DNA of 25,600 bases from a virus (Duplodnaviria; Caudoviricetes). Shown here in pieces: positions 1 through 8,741 of the stretch. The position numbers and the translations under genes were made by a program. Below the pieces are notes generated by a model. It worked only from the letters and a program-made list of their open reading frames with translations. It was not told the origin of the DNA and did not search any database. The stretch lies in IMG/VR virus record IMGVR_UViG_3300042473_000099, positions 1 through 25,600 of that record; one strand, written 5' to 3'. Position 1 is the stretch's first letter. Every line of letters starts with the position of its first letter.

Positions 1-678
1 TGACTCTGAAGAAAAGAGTTTAACAATACATGAGGAATAAAACTTAGTAGCCTGACCACCAGAAGGCTGCTGGCTAGTATACATAGCATTGATATTGTTG
101 CGAGACTGAGAAATAAGAACAAGCAGAGTTGGCTTAACTTTATTGTTTGCATAGTTAAGCATTTTCCATGCGTTACTAAAGTCACGGGATTCTGCTCCAA
201 TCTGTTTAGTGTTTTCTAATGCTTTCATTTCATCTGTATCTTTTTCAAAATAGATTGCTGGAAGCATTGATGTAATAGAGTCTACCACAATTAGATCAAC
301 GCCAGCGTTCATTAATCCAACACCTACATCTACCATGTCGCTAATAGTTCTTGCTTGTGAGTAGATTAGTTTCTCTGGATCTACCCCCAAAGTTCTGGCC
401 CAGTCTTCAGAGTATGACATCTCAGAGTCAATCCATGCACATAACTTACCCTCTGCCTGTGCTAGAGCAATCATCTGAAGGCACATAGAAGACTTTGCAG
501 ACGACTTTGATCCCCAGATAAGCACCTGTCTACCGTAAGGAAGCCCACCTCCTAGTGCACGGTTCAAGCCAAAACTTGGTGTTGGTTGATACTCATAGTT
601 AACACCAACCCCAGTTCCTAATCTTTTCCTCAACTTAGGATCAAGTTGTGCTAATGCTTCTTCTACGCTAACTGACAT
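1..678 (-). CDS. recA: RecA/UvsX-like recombinase (runs off the left edge; missing from the ORF track)
   Basis: Manual translation from ATG at 678: MSVSVEEALAQLDPKLRKRLGTG...PTPSFGLNRALGGGLPYGRQVLIWGSKSSAKSSMCLQMIALAQAEGKLCAWIDSEMSYSEDWARTLGVDPEKLIYSQ...VDLIVVDSITSM...LISQSRNNI...PSGGQATKFYSS. Matches RecA motifs (ALGxGGLP, P-loop, IDxE, VVDS, GGxAxKFYSS). Overlaps the dnaE stop by 11 nt. Confidence 0.93.
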   Translation of the reverse strand, partial: MSVSVEEALAQLDPKLRKRLGTGVGVNYEYQPTPSFGLNRALGGGLPYGRQVLIWGSKSSAKSSMCLQMIALAQAEGKLCAWIDSEMSYSEDWARTLGVDPEKLIYSQARTISDMVDVGVGLMNAGVDLIVVDSITSMLPAIYFEKDTDEMKALENTKQIGAESRDFSNAWKMLNYANNKVKPTLLVLISQSRNNINAMYTSQQPSGGQATKFYSSCIVKLFSSES

Positions 679-3600
679 GTACATCCTCCAATGTTACTGT
701 TCCGTCTTTAGTTTTTCCAAAATCAAACTTATAAGATTTTCCTTCTTCAATATGCATATATGCTTTTGCAAACGATGTAGGGAAAACTGTTATAGAGTGC
801 AGGTCTCTACTTGTATCTGCAAGTGTAAGAGATGCCATCTTCTTTCCAGCCTTTGTTATTCTTGGCTTAAATGATACGACAAACATTTCATCATCCTTGT
901 ATGGTAACTGTTTGTAACTCAGGAACTTTACAAGAGCATGTGATGATTCTTTTATCTCATCTGAAGGTATGAAAGAAACAATCCTGTTATCATTACACAA
1001 GACCAGATAAGAGCGACCCGTCTCAATAGTTGTATTTTCATCGTCAAATATGCCGACACTACCAGTTTTGTCCAAAATTTCAACTCGTGACCATCCTGTT
1101 CCTCGCTTAATTGATTTTACCATACCCATAAAAATGTATGATCCTTTTTCTTCAAAGTCAACAATGTCCTGAATAAATGCGTAGTAATGAGAAGGAATAG
1201 TAATATTGAACTCTGGAAGATTTAGATACTCATACAGATTCTCTTTGATCTCCTGATCATTTCTAGGATTATCGTTGAAGGTTGCTGCACCAATAGCCCT
1301 TAGTGCTTGCAGTGCACGACTGTTTACTCCATTACCCTTGGTGAATGTAAATTCTTCAAGTTCTTTGTACGAACTAAATGGTCGTGCTGCAATATATCTC
1401 TCTGCAATTTTATCAGATATGAATTTGATAGCAGTGAGCCCAAACCTAATACCCTTACCCTCAATCTTAAAATCGATATCCGAATCGTTAATGTGAGGTA
1501 ACTTAACGCTAATACCCATTCTCTTTGCTTCAATAAGATATTCAGTTCTTGCATCCTTGTCCTTTTCATTCTTTAGCACTGAGTACATAAACTCAAGTGG
1601 GTAATAATACTTTAACCATGCTGTCCAATAGGATAGCGTTGAGTATGCTACTGCGTGTGACTTGTTAAATGAGTACCCTGCGTGAGCCTCAAAGTCATGC
1701 CACAGATCACGAGCAGCGTTAGGAGCAATAAACTTAGATGCACCCTCTACGAATTTTTCTTTAAACTGATCAAATTCTTTAGCATCCTTTTTCTTTCCAA
1801 TGATCTTTCTAACTTTATCTGCTTCCGACATGGACATACCGCCAAGGTGTACGCATGCTTGCATAACTTGCTCCTGGTAAAGAATACAGCCATAAGTGTC
1901 CTCCGTAAATTGTTTTAGTACTTGGTGAGTATAGGAAATGTTTTGACGACCATGCTTGCGATCAACATAGTCCTTACCAATAGTATTCATTGCACCTGGT
2001 CGAACTAGAGCATTTGATGCAGCAAGTTCATTGAGGTTCTTAACGCCCATCTTGACAAGAAGGTTTGTATATGGTGCTGCTTCACACTGAAACACGCCCT
2101 TTGTATATCCATCAGATAACATCTGATAAACATTTGCATCGTCCATCTTGATTTTAAGAAGGTCGATCTTCTTTCCATCTCGCTCTTTAATAATATCAAT
2201 TGTGTTCTTAAGAACAGACAATGTCTTAAGGCCCAGCGCATCAATCTTAATTAAACCAATTCTTTCAGCCTCTTCCATGTCAACGCCTACAACAGGAATT
2301 CTTTCATCAGAACCAGTTGATGATCTTGTTTCAAGTGGTGCGTATCTAAAGATTGGTTCTTTTGCAGTCACAACACCAGCAGCATGAATTCCTGTACCAC
2401 GAATACGCCCACGAAGTTGCTCTCCATAGATCTCTACCTCTGGATATTTTTCACGGAACTCGTATGTTGATTTTGCTGTACAGAAGTCATCCCATGTGTC
2501 TACAGTCTTCAAAACCTTGTTCACATCTGATAGAGGAATATTTAATACTCTTGCGACATCTCTGACAATTCCCTTACCAGTAAACTGAAGGAAGGTAGCA
2601 ATGGATGCAACGTGTCGATATTGTCTAACAAGATAGTCTTTAACTTCTTCACGACGAGTATCTTGAATATCTGTATCAATATCTGGGAAGTCGTTACGCT
2701 CTGGATTAATAAAGCGGAAGAACAAAAGGTTGTGCTCAATAGGGTCAATGTCTGTAATCTTTAGTGCATAACAAACAAGAGAGCCAGCAGAAGAACCACG
2801 GCCTGGTCCCACCATAATCTCTTCCTTCTTAGCCCAGTTGATCATGTTACTCACAACAAGGAAGTACGGAGCAAACTTCTTGTCCTTAATAATCTGTAAC
2901 TCTTCTTCAAGTCTGTCAAGGTATTCCTGGTTTTCTGACAAACCTCTCTCCGCTAAACCTTCTAACGCAACCTTTGCAAGTTCTTTGTCTGGACTCTTGT
3001 ATTGAACTGGTAGTAGGTTTAAGCCTTCTTGAATACCATAGTCTCCTACTGTCTCTGCTAATAGGAGTGTGTTTGAGTAGATGTCAGGTCTATCAATACC
3101 CTGCGCTTCCATGGCTGCTTTGATCTCTTCATAAGATAGAAGATGGATATCAAACTTATTAAATGACATTTGACGATCTGCGCCATAAAGATAATCAAGG
3201 CGCTCCATCATGTTGCCCTTTTTCTTTGACTTCTCATATGTTGCATCTTTTACAAACTTACCATGTGTGTTCATAAGCAACTTAAACTCTTGAACTTCTT
3301 TTTGTGATGGATCAACATGGTGGCAGTCTGGTGTAACAATAACTTTGATATCAAACTCATCCGCAAGTTCTATTAAATACTTATTTATGTGTGCTTCATT
3401 GTGAGGCATAACCTCAATGTAGTAGTCATCAGCAAAGCGCTCTTTGAACCAAGAGATATATTTCTTTGCGAGAGCAAACTCTTCTTCCTCAAGTGCTTTA
3501 ACTAAAACGCTACTTGGGCAAGCAGAAGAAACAATAATTCCTTCTTTATATTTTTCTAATATACTAAAATCAAATCTTGGCTTCTTAAAGAAGCCATCTG

Positions 3601-3943
3601 TCCAAGATAGTTCACTAATCTTGTTAAGGTTTTCCAAACCAATTTGATTCTTGGCTAGAAGGATAATGTGATTGTAGACAAGATCTTGTTGACCTTCTCT
3701 TTCAGACTTATCTCGTGTATCAGATATGTCTGCACACATGTATCCTTCTAGACCTAGAATTGGCTTAATGCCCTTTGCTTTTGCAATACGGTGCAGTTCC
3801 CTATGCCCAGATAAAGTACCGTGGTCAGTGATGGCTATTGCAGGCATCCCTAACTCAACTGCACGGTTCACGTATTCTTCTGGAGTAGCAATCCCATCAA
3901 ACAAACTAAAATGGGTGTGGACATGTAAGCCTACGTAGTTCAT
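668..3943 (-). CDS. dnaE: DNA polymerase III alpha subunit (family C, DnaE-type)
   Basis: N-terminal PHP domain (HVHTHFS, AITDHG, DCHH), GPGRGSSAGSLV, LLFFRFINPER, catalytic PDIDTD, GIHAAGVV, KIDALGL, GVFQCE, YQEQVM, GYSFNKSHA, IRFGLTAIK, and C-terminal OB-fold-like segments. Confidence 0.97.
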   Translation of the reverse strand: MNYVGLHVHTHFSLFDGIATPEEYVNRAVELGMPAIAITDHGTLSGHRELHRIAKAKGIKPILGLEGYMCADISDTRDKSEREGQQDLVYNHIILLAKNQIGLENLNKISELSWTDGFFKKPRFDFSILEKYKEGIIVSSACPSSVLVKALEEEEFALAKKYISWFKERFADDYYIEVMPHNEAHINKYLIELADEFDIKVIVTPDCHHVDPSQKEVQEFKLLMNTHGKFVKDATYEKSKKKGNMMERLDYLYGADRQMSFNKFDIHLLSYEEIKAAMEAQGIDRPDIYSNTLLLAETVGDYGIQEGLNLLPVQYKSPDKELAKVALEGLAERGLSENQEYLDRLEEELQIIKDKKFAPYFLVVSNMINWAKKEEIMVGPGRGSSAGSLVCYALKITDIDPIEHNLLFFRFINPERNDFPDIDTDIQDTRREEVKDYLVRQYRHVASIATFLQFTGKGIVRDVARVLNIPLSDVNKVLKTVDTWDDFCTAKSTYEFREKYPEVEIYGEQLRGRIRGTGIHAAGVVTAKEPIFRYAPLETRSSTGSDERIPVVGVDMEEAERIGLIKIDALGLKTLSVLKNTIDIIKERDGKKIDLLKIKMDDANVYQMLSDGYTKGVFQCEAAPYTNLLVKMGVKNLNELAASNALVRPGAMNTIGKDYVDRKHGRQNISYTHQVLKQFTEDTYGCILYQEQVMQACVHLGGMSMSEADKVRKIIGKKKDAKEFDQFKEKFVEGASKFIAPNAARDLWHDFEAHAGYSFNKSHAVAYSTLSYWTAWLKYYYPLEFMYSVLKNEKDKDARTEYLIEAKRMGISVKLPHINDSDIDFKIEGKGIRFGLTAIKFISDKIAERYIAARPFSSYKELEEFTFTKGNGVNSRALQALRAIGAATFNDNPRNDQEIKENLYEYLNLPEFNITIPSHYYAFIQDIVDFEEKGSYIFMGMVKSIKRGTGWSRVEILDKTGSVGIFDDENTTIETGRSYLVLCNDNRIVSFIPSDEIKESSHALVKFLSYKQLPYKDDEMFVVSFKPRITKAGKKMASLTLADTSRDLHSITVFPTSFAKAYMHIEEGKSYKFDFGKTKDGTVTLEDVHVS

Positions 3944-3944
3944 A

Positions 3945-4601
3945 TTACCAATCTGCGTTGGTAGATGAAGTTACAGATGGGCCATCAAAGCCCAAATAAT
4001 ATGCTTCTTGCTCGGCATAAGGAATCTTCTTAAGTGCTGACTCAAGAGGATAAGGCTCAATGTCCTTCCAATCAAATGGTTCCTTGTCTGGTGCTGATGG
4101 AATAAGAGTGTAATTGGTTTCAGTTCCCTGGCCATTACGCTTTAACTTCCATAGCACGTTTGAGATGCTACCTGTTTCTAGGGCATACTCACGAATTGTG
4201 TTGAATGATGACTGCTTGCTGATACCCATTGACCAGATTGCAACATACGGTGCTTCAATTCCATCGTCAACTAGTACGTTGCAATAGAAACGAAGACGAC
4301 CACGCCAGCCAGCCTTTGGATCCTTACGGTGCATTTCTTCTGCCCAGTCACGGCCTTCTGATTCCATTGTGTCTACAGCCTTACGCTTATAGTCCTTTGG
4401 ATTTACGTGCTCCTTAACAACAAGTGCTAGTCCACGCTTTTCATTATAGTTTGCAGAATCTTCATCGAGTTCTTCAATGAATCGAATCTTTACAGACTGA
4501 CCATCTGCAAGTTTTAGCCACTTTACTTTTGGCCCGTCGTTTTCATACTTTGGCTTGTCGAGCAGGGCATTAATGTTCTTGAGTCCCTTTACTACGCTCA
4601 T
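3945..4601 (-). CDS. Probable phage single-stranded DNA-binding protein
   Basis: 218 aa between primase and polymerase; WLKLADGQSVKIRF and WKLKRNGQGTETNYTLIP beta-strand motifs like phage gp32-type SSBs; short tail ending in DW; strong promoter and Shine-Dalgarno upstream, consistent with high expression. Confidence 0.72.
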   Translation of the reverse strand: MSVVKGLKNINALLDKPKYENDGPKVKWLKLADGQSVKIRFIEELDEDSANYNEKRGLALVVKEHVNPKDYKRKAVDTMESEGRDWAEEMHRKDPKAGWRGRLRFYCNVLVDDGIEAPYVAIWSMGISKQSSFNTIREYALETGSISNVLWKLKRNGQGTETNYTLIPSAPDKEPFDWKDIEPYPLESALKKIPYAEQEAYYLGFDGPSVTSSTNADW

Positions 4602-4606
4602 ATTAT

Positions 4607-4614
4607 TCTCCTTT
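4607..4614 (-). promoter_or_regulatory. Shine-Dalgarno site of the SSB gene
   Basis: AAAGGAGA on the minus strand, 5 nt before the ATG at 4601. Confidence 0.8.
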
Positions 4615-4624
4615 AGTTGTTATA

Positions 4625-5569
4625 TTAGTTTAGCATAAGTGATATAGATTTGTCAAACTGGAACTCCAAACCTGCAAGTTCTTCATCTGGCATATCACCA
4701 ATATCTTTATACTGAGTGTTTAGTTTAATAACGGAAACACGACTAGAAAGTTTTTCAACTATTCTATCTTTCATGTTTCCTCCCGCCTCATCATTATCTG
4801 CAATAACAATTATGTTATTGAAATACTTCTGAAGCAATTCTATTTGTGTGCTTGACACATTTGCGCCAAGGGTTGCTACTGCTGGAAGCCCAACCTGATC
4901 TAGCCTAATGGCATCAAAGGAAGACTCTACTACATATACTCTATCAGATTTCTTCACACGATGCAAGTTAAAAAGTGTTTTGCTTTTTGGGAGCCCTGGA
5001 GTATTCTTAAAATCTTTACCTTCAATAGATCTTCCAACAAAGCCGAGTGGTATACCATCTGGGCTGTGGACTGGAACTGTTACCATATCTTGTTTCTCTG
5101 AGTATCCCAATACAAACTTTATACAGGAAGACTTTTCAATTTTCCTATATGTAAAATAATTTTTTGCTCTTTCTGATGCAACAAGATTGTTGTGTAACCT
5201 TTTAATAATAAGTTCATCAAATGTTTTGTACTGCTCTTCTTTTACAAGAACCTTATCAATTTCTGTAGTAAGATTAGTTAACTTTTCTTTGCTCTTAATA
5301 AATCTAGCAGACTCAAAATAAGTTCTTCCAGATGTATGCATAACTAGTTCTATAAGGTCTGCAGATTTTTGACAAGAGAAACAGAAAAACATGCCACTAT
5401 CTTTTTGTACTTCGCCTGCTGGGGTTCTGTGGTTATTGTGAAATGGACAAAAGATCATGAAGTCTGCATCAAGTTCAGACTCTACGGTAATACCCGATCC
5501 TGTAAGGACTCGCTTGACTTGTTCTGCGGAATAAAGATTGGATTGGTTCCGTCTATTCCTGCTATCCAT
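4625..5569 (-). CDS. dnaG: DnaG-type DNA primase (CHC2 zinc finger + TOPRIM)
   Basis: CPFH...FFCFSC zinc-binding domain; GFVGRSI; KSKTLFNL; TOPRIM motifs VVESSFDA, VATLG, IADNDEAG, KDIGD. No C-terminal helicase-binding domain. Exact start uncertain. Confidence 0.92.
   Translation of the reverse strand: MDSRNRRNQSNLYSAEQVKRVLTGSGITVESELDADFMIFCPFHNNHRTPAGEVQKDSGMFFCFSCQKSADLIELVMHTSGRTYFESARFIKSKEKLTNLTTEIDKVLVKEEQYKTFDELIIKRLHNNLVASERAKNYFTYRKIEKSSCIKFVLGYSEKQDMVTVPVHSPDGIPLGFVGRSIEGKDFKNTPGLPKSKTLFNLHRVKKSDRVYVVESSFDAIRLDQVGLPAVATLGANVSSTQIELLQKYFNNIIVIADNDEAGGNMKDRIVEKLSSRVSVIKLNTQYKDIGDMPDEELAGLEFQFDKSISLMLN
4627..4656 (-). promoter_or_regulatory. Sigma70/SigA-type promoter upstream of ssb-dnaE-recA
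   Basis: TTGACA (4656-4651), 18-nt spacer ending in TGC, then TAAACT (4632-4627): perfect -35 plus extended -10. It lies inside the last codons of the primase gene. Confidence 0.75.
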
Positions 5570-5841
5570 TCGCTTTTCCTCTTCCCTGCGTAGACTGCCT
5601 GTATCGATAATTCAAATTCAAAAAAGTTCTTAATCTCATTATACCTTATAGTGAAGTCTGGGTCAAGATCAATTCTTGGCACATACCCACTTAGTTTCAT
5701 TTCTGACACCAATAATCTTATGTACTCATCCTTGAGTCTTCCGATCATTGAGTCGTCGTAAATTATTCCATCAAGATAAAACCTTTTAATAGGCTTATGA
5801 TGGTAGAAGGTTGGTGGCAAGTGCTCCCTAGTTTTTGACAT
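5482..5841 (-). CDS. Hypothetical protein between helicase and primase
   Basis: 119-aa ORF that fills the gap between dnaB and dnaG; a TATAAT lies 5 nt upstream of its ATG; overlaps the primase ORF by 88 nt. Confidence 0.7.
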   Translation of the reverse strand: MSKTREHLPPTFYHHKPIKRFYLDGIIYDDSMIGRLKDEYIRLLVSEMKLSGYVPRIDLDPDFTIRYNEIKNFFEFELSIQAVYAGKRKSEWIAGIDGTNPIFIPQNKSSESLQDRVLP

Positions 5842-5852
5842 ACCATATTATA
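5842..5852 (-). promoter_or_regulatory. Putative -10 box for a leaderless transcript
   Basis: TATAAT-ATGGT-ATG immediately after the helicase stop; no Shine-Dalgarno in the 12-nt gap. Confidence 0.55.
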
Positions 5853-5853
5853 A

Positions 5854-7074
5854 CTACTTATCTTCAAAGTCTTTATATCTGTAGTATCCCTTGTCAAAGT
5901 CGCACTGTACTAAAAAGTCTCCCATAAATCCATTACGGTTCTTTCTAAAGGCACATTCAATAATATCGCTATTGGTTCCACGGCCTAGAGCAAGGACCCA
6001 GTCAGCATCGTAGGCAATCTGTCTAGACCAGGCTGTTTGACCCAGCGTAGGCACCGTAGAGAGGTCATTAACATCATCTGGTGTGGCAGAAGAGATAGCA
6101 ATAATAGGAACTTCTTCACCAATAGCCATAAGTTTAAGTTCTCTTGAAAGGTTCTTCATTCGTACCGTTTCATTATCTGACTTCTGATTAGGTGCCATCA
6201 ACTGTAAATAGTCAACAATAACAAAGTCTGGCTTGTACTGATCAATCTTTCCACGAAGGACTGAAGGATTGATTTCTCCACCGCTATCATTTGAGATGAT
6301 GTGAAACTCTGGCTTTCCTGCAAGATTATTTGCATGCCATTCTTTTAGCATATCAATCTCAATCTCACCATTGCTAATCTTTCTATGTGACCAACGACCC
6401 TCGCCCATTATAGTGAAGACACGATTACGGACCTCTGTTTCAGACATTTCAAGAGAAATTACCATTGGAGACTTTCCTTGCTTCCATGCTTGAACAGCAA
6501 AGTAAAGTGCAAGCCATGACTTTCCAATACCTGGGTAAGCAAGGAACACTCCTAGTTGTCCTGGCATAATTCCAGATGGCAGATAGTTATCAAACCCTGG
6601 CAAACCTGTTTTAATTCCAGACATTCCTAGTGCTTGCTGCTTCTTTACATTTTCAAAGTATGCAATTGCAGACTCAAGATCTGTAACATCGATGTCACGA
6701 ATTGCAGCAGTATTCTTTTTTAGTTCTGAGGTCTTTGTGATTAGTTCATTAAGGGCACCAGTTCCATTATTGTTTTGAATCTCAGATGCTGCTGACCTAA
6801 TAATATCTTTGAGACTATCTGTTAGGTACTCTCCTTGAAGTTCTTCAAGGTGATGTTTTGTTGCACCAACACCTGCTACTGGCTCAAAGTCTCTAAACTT
6901 TTCAGTAACTAATTCTGCTGGTGGAAGGACTGAGTTGTTCTCAAAATATAGTCTAACAAAGTTCCAGATATCTCCATGAGTTCTTAAAAGGTTGTCAACA
7001 TTGGCCTGAAGAAGAACATGGATTTGCTTATCCTTTAAAACAGCCGTAAGTAGTTTTGCCTCTGTATTATTCAC
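5854..7074 (-). CDS. dnaB: DnaB-like (SF4) replicative helicase
   Basis: IKTGLPGFD, Walker A AYPGIGKS, ISLEMS, Walker B VIVDYLQLM, LSRELKLMA, IAYDADWVL, KNRNG arginine finger. GTG start. Confidence 0.95.
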   Translation of the reverse strand: MNNTEAKLLTAVLKDKQIHVLLQANVDNLLRTHGDIWNFVRLYFENNSVLPPAELVTEKFRDFEPVAGVGATKHHLEELQGEYLTDSLKDIIRSAASEIQNNNGTGALNELITKTSELKKNTAAIRDIDVTDLESAIAYFENVKKQQALGMSGIKTGLPGFDNYLPSGIMPGQLGVFLAYPGIGKSWLALYFAVQAWKQGKSPMVISLEMSETEVRNRVFTIMGEGRWSHRKISNGEIEIDMLKEWHANNLAGKPEFHIISNDSGGEINPSVLRGKIDQYKPDFVIVDYLQLMAPNQKSDNETVRMKNLSRELKLMAIGEEVPIIAISSATPDDVNDLSTVPTLGQTAWSRQIAYDADWVLALGRGTNSDIIECAFRKNRNGFMGDFLVQCDFDKGYYRYKDFEDK

Positions 7075-7375
7075 TTAGCCACTCCTTTGCCATTCTTCTA
7101 CGCTCTGCTCTCTCTTCGCTATCTCTGAATTTGTCCTTTTGTGCCTGCAATATTTTTTCTGCGTTGTATGCAAAGTAGTTCCATGAAGGGTTCTCTGCAA
7201 CTGAAAAGTAATACTCAAGTATATCGTAGCATACTGGCAGAGTGTATGATTCTACAAGAGCGTCAGATGCCCACTGCTCTACATTAAGGTTTAGGGATGG
7301 CTTTGATTCGTACCTTGCGGTATGATACTTGCTGTATCTTGAAAGCAAAGCCATGCGGTCTTTGCGTTCTGCCAT
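7067..7375 (-). CDS. Hypothetical protein (possible helicase-associated factor)
   Basis: 102-aa helical-looking ORF, coupled to its neighbours (TAATG at 7375; 8-nt overlap with dnaB). Function inferred only from position. Confidence 0.7.
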   Translation of the reverse strand: MAERKDRMALLSRYSKYHTARYESKPSLNLNVEQWASDALVESYTLPVCYDILEYYFSVAENPSWNYFAYNAEKILQAQKDKFRDSEERAERRRMAKEWLSE

Positions 7376-7605
7376 TATCCTTCAGCAGCCTCCGATTGGG
7401 CTTCTAAAATCTTTGCCGTTAGTTTATCTTCAACAAACTTGTAGACTCGCTCAAAGGCTTGGTCAGTATTTTCTCCATCACGCTTTGAATCTGTAACACC
7501 AAGGTCTAGCCTTAATGATTGAAAATTTCCTAGATTTAATGTGTATCCCAATGTTACAGATACCTTTGTTGGTTCATTTGTTACTACATAATTGCTGTCT
7601 GACAT
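7375..7605 (-). CDS. Hypothetical phage protein (76 aa; start revised from 7686 to 7605)
   Basis: ATG at 7605 is preceded by GAAGGGT and follows the upstream stop at 7619; core sequence KVSVTLGYTLNLGNFQSLRLDLGV followed by a helix. Confidence 0.72.
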   Translation of the reverse strand: MSDSNYVVTNEPTKVSVTLGYTLNLGNFQSLRLDLGVTDSKRDGENTDQAFERVYKFVEDKLTAKILEAQSEAAEG

Positions 7606-7618
7606 TCTATACCCTTCG

Positions 7619-8161
7619 CTAAATAGATTCATTCCAAATTGGAACAAATCGCCCATCTTCAGTTCTTCTATAAGTAAGTATACCATCGCCCATTCTTCGT
7701 GTCAACTCTTGCTTACTAGGCGTAATATCGTTAGTTATTAACTTGTCTTTTCTTGGTCTTCCAATATGGTGTGTAGCAAGTATATCACGAATCTCTCTAA
7801 CCTGAGATTCTGAGTAATATGATCTTACCTGAAATCCTCTTGCTCCACCTTTTTGAGATCCCGTTGGAAACGGAATGACTCCTCGTTTCATTAGTGATGG
7901 CATATATTTTTTATGACGATTAACTAATTCAGCAGTCTGACCCACTGTGTATGCTCTTTCTCTTTTATTTTTAAACTCACTAATTAAACAACTTTCAATC
8001 TGATCCTTATTGATATTATAAATAGACATTATTCCATTAGAGTGGTTGTAGTGATGTATTCTAACTAAGTCTCCGTTAAGAAACCAAACCTTTTTATTAC
8101 CTGGAATTACAGGTGACTCATTGTATTTTTCGCTCTCAATTGTTCCTTTTTTAGTAGCCAT
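7619..8161 (-). CDS. Helix-turn-helix DNA-binding protein (MerR/excisionase-like winged HTH)
   Basis: AYTVGQTAELVNRHKKYMPSLMKRGVIPFP...RSYYSESQVREIRDIL resembles the MerR/Xis-type HTH plus wing pattern; SD-like GGAGGG upstream. Confidence 0.7.
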   Translation of the reverse strand: MATKKGTIESEKYNESPVIPGNKKVWFLNGDLVRIHHYNHSNGIMSIYNINKDQIESCLISEFKNKRERAYTVGQTAELVNRHKKYMPSLMKRGVIPFPTGSQKGGARGFQVRSYYSESQVREIRDILATHHIGRPRKDKLITNDITPSKQELTRRMGDGILTYRRTEDGRFVPIWNESI

Positions 8162-8298
8162 AGGCCCTCCTGAGAATTACTTGGTGGATGAAAAAATTTT
8201 CTTGATCCGCAAAGAATGCAGTATAGTTCTAGATTATTTATCTCTGTATACTGCCTGTCTATAAACATTCTTCCATTACATTTTGTACATTTAATCAT
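8107..8298 (-). CDS. Small zinc-ribbon protein
   Basis: 63 aa with CTKC...CILCG (two CxxC pairs); TAATG-coupled to the upstream gene; 55-nt overlap with the HTH gene. Confidence 0.68.
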   Translation of the reverse strand: MIKCTKCNGRMFIDRQYTEINNLELYCILCGSRKFFHPPSNSQEGLWLLKKEQLRAKNTMSHL

Positions 8299-8741
8299 TA
8301 ATTTGGTATTCCAATGATTATCAGGTTAATACCAATGCTTGTGTCTCCTCCAGCATTAAACTTAACCGTGCCCTCAACCTTTGAGGTTGAAATGCTTTTC
8401 AACGTAACCGTGACATCTTTACCAGCATCTGTGTTTCCAACGTTTACTGGTGATGCTGTTACTACTGGAGCAAACTTAAATTCGCTTGGAAAGTCATAAG
8501 AAAATGTCAAAGAAGATCCAGCGGTTTGTGTTGTGCTTGTCGTAACCTGAACATATCCACCAATGAATCTTGTCTCAGATGCCTTTGCGCTTTGTTTTGC
8601 AGCATTTGGTGTGTCTACAGTAACGTACTTATATGTTGATGGAGATACCTGAGTAGAAAGATCATTAATAGCCTTAACAATCTGATATATATATGTTACA
8701 TCTAGCGGTTGACCTCGCTCTGGTACTGGTAATATTGCCAT
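8298..8741 (-). CDS. Probable minor tail/fibre-associated protein with an H-type-lectin/gp53-like C-terminal beta-sandwich (start revised from 8792 to 8741)
   Basis: MAILPVPERGQPLD start follows the upstream stop at 8749; C-terminal pattern FSYDFPSEFKFAPVVTASP...VTVTLKSISTSKV...INLIIIG is typical of tail-fibre-tip modules. Confidence 0.6.
   Translation of the reverse strand: MAILPVPERGQPLDVTYIYQIVKAINDLSTQVSPSTYKYVTVDTPNAAKQSAKASETRFIGGYVQVTTSTTQTAGSSLTFSYDFPSEFKFAPVVTASPVNVGNTDAGKDVTVTLKSISTSKVEGTVKFNAGGDTSIGINLIIIGIPN

Noticed and set aside
668-7074. Inteins or introns in dnaE, dnaB or the primase
   Set aside because: Lengths are normal and motifs contiguous (e.g. GYSFNKSH, AYPGIGKS); no intein C-terminal HN-[CST] junction or homing endonuclease motifs seen.
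7606-7686. ORF-track start at 7686 for the 103-aa ORF
   Set aside because: It overlaps the HTH gene; the ATG at 7605 has an SD-like sequence and no overlap.
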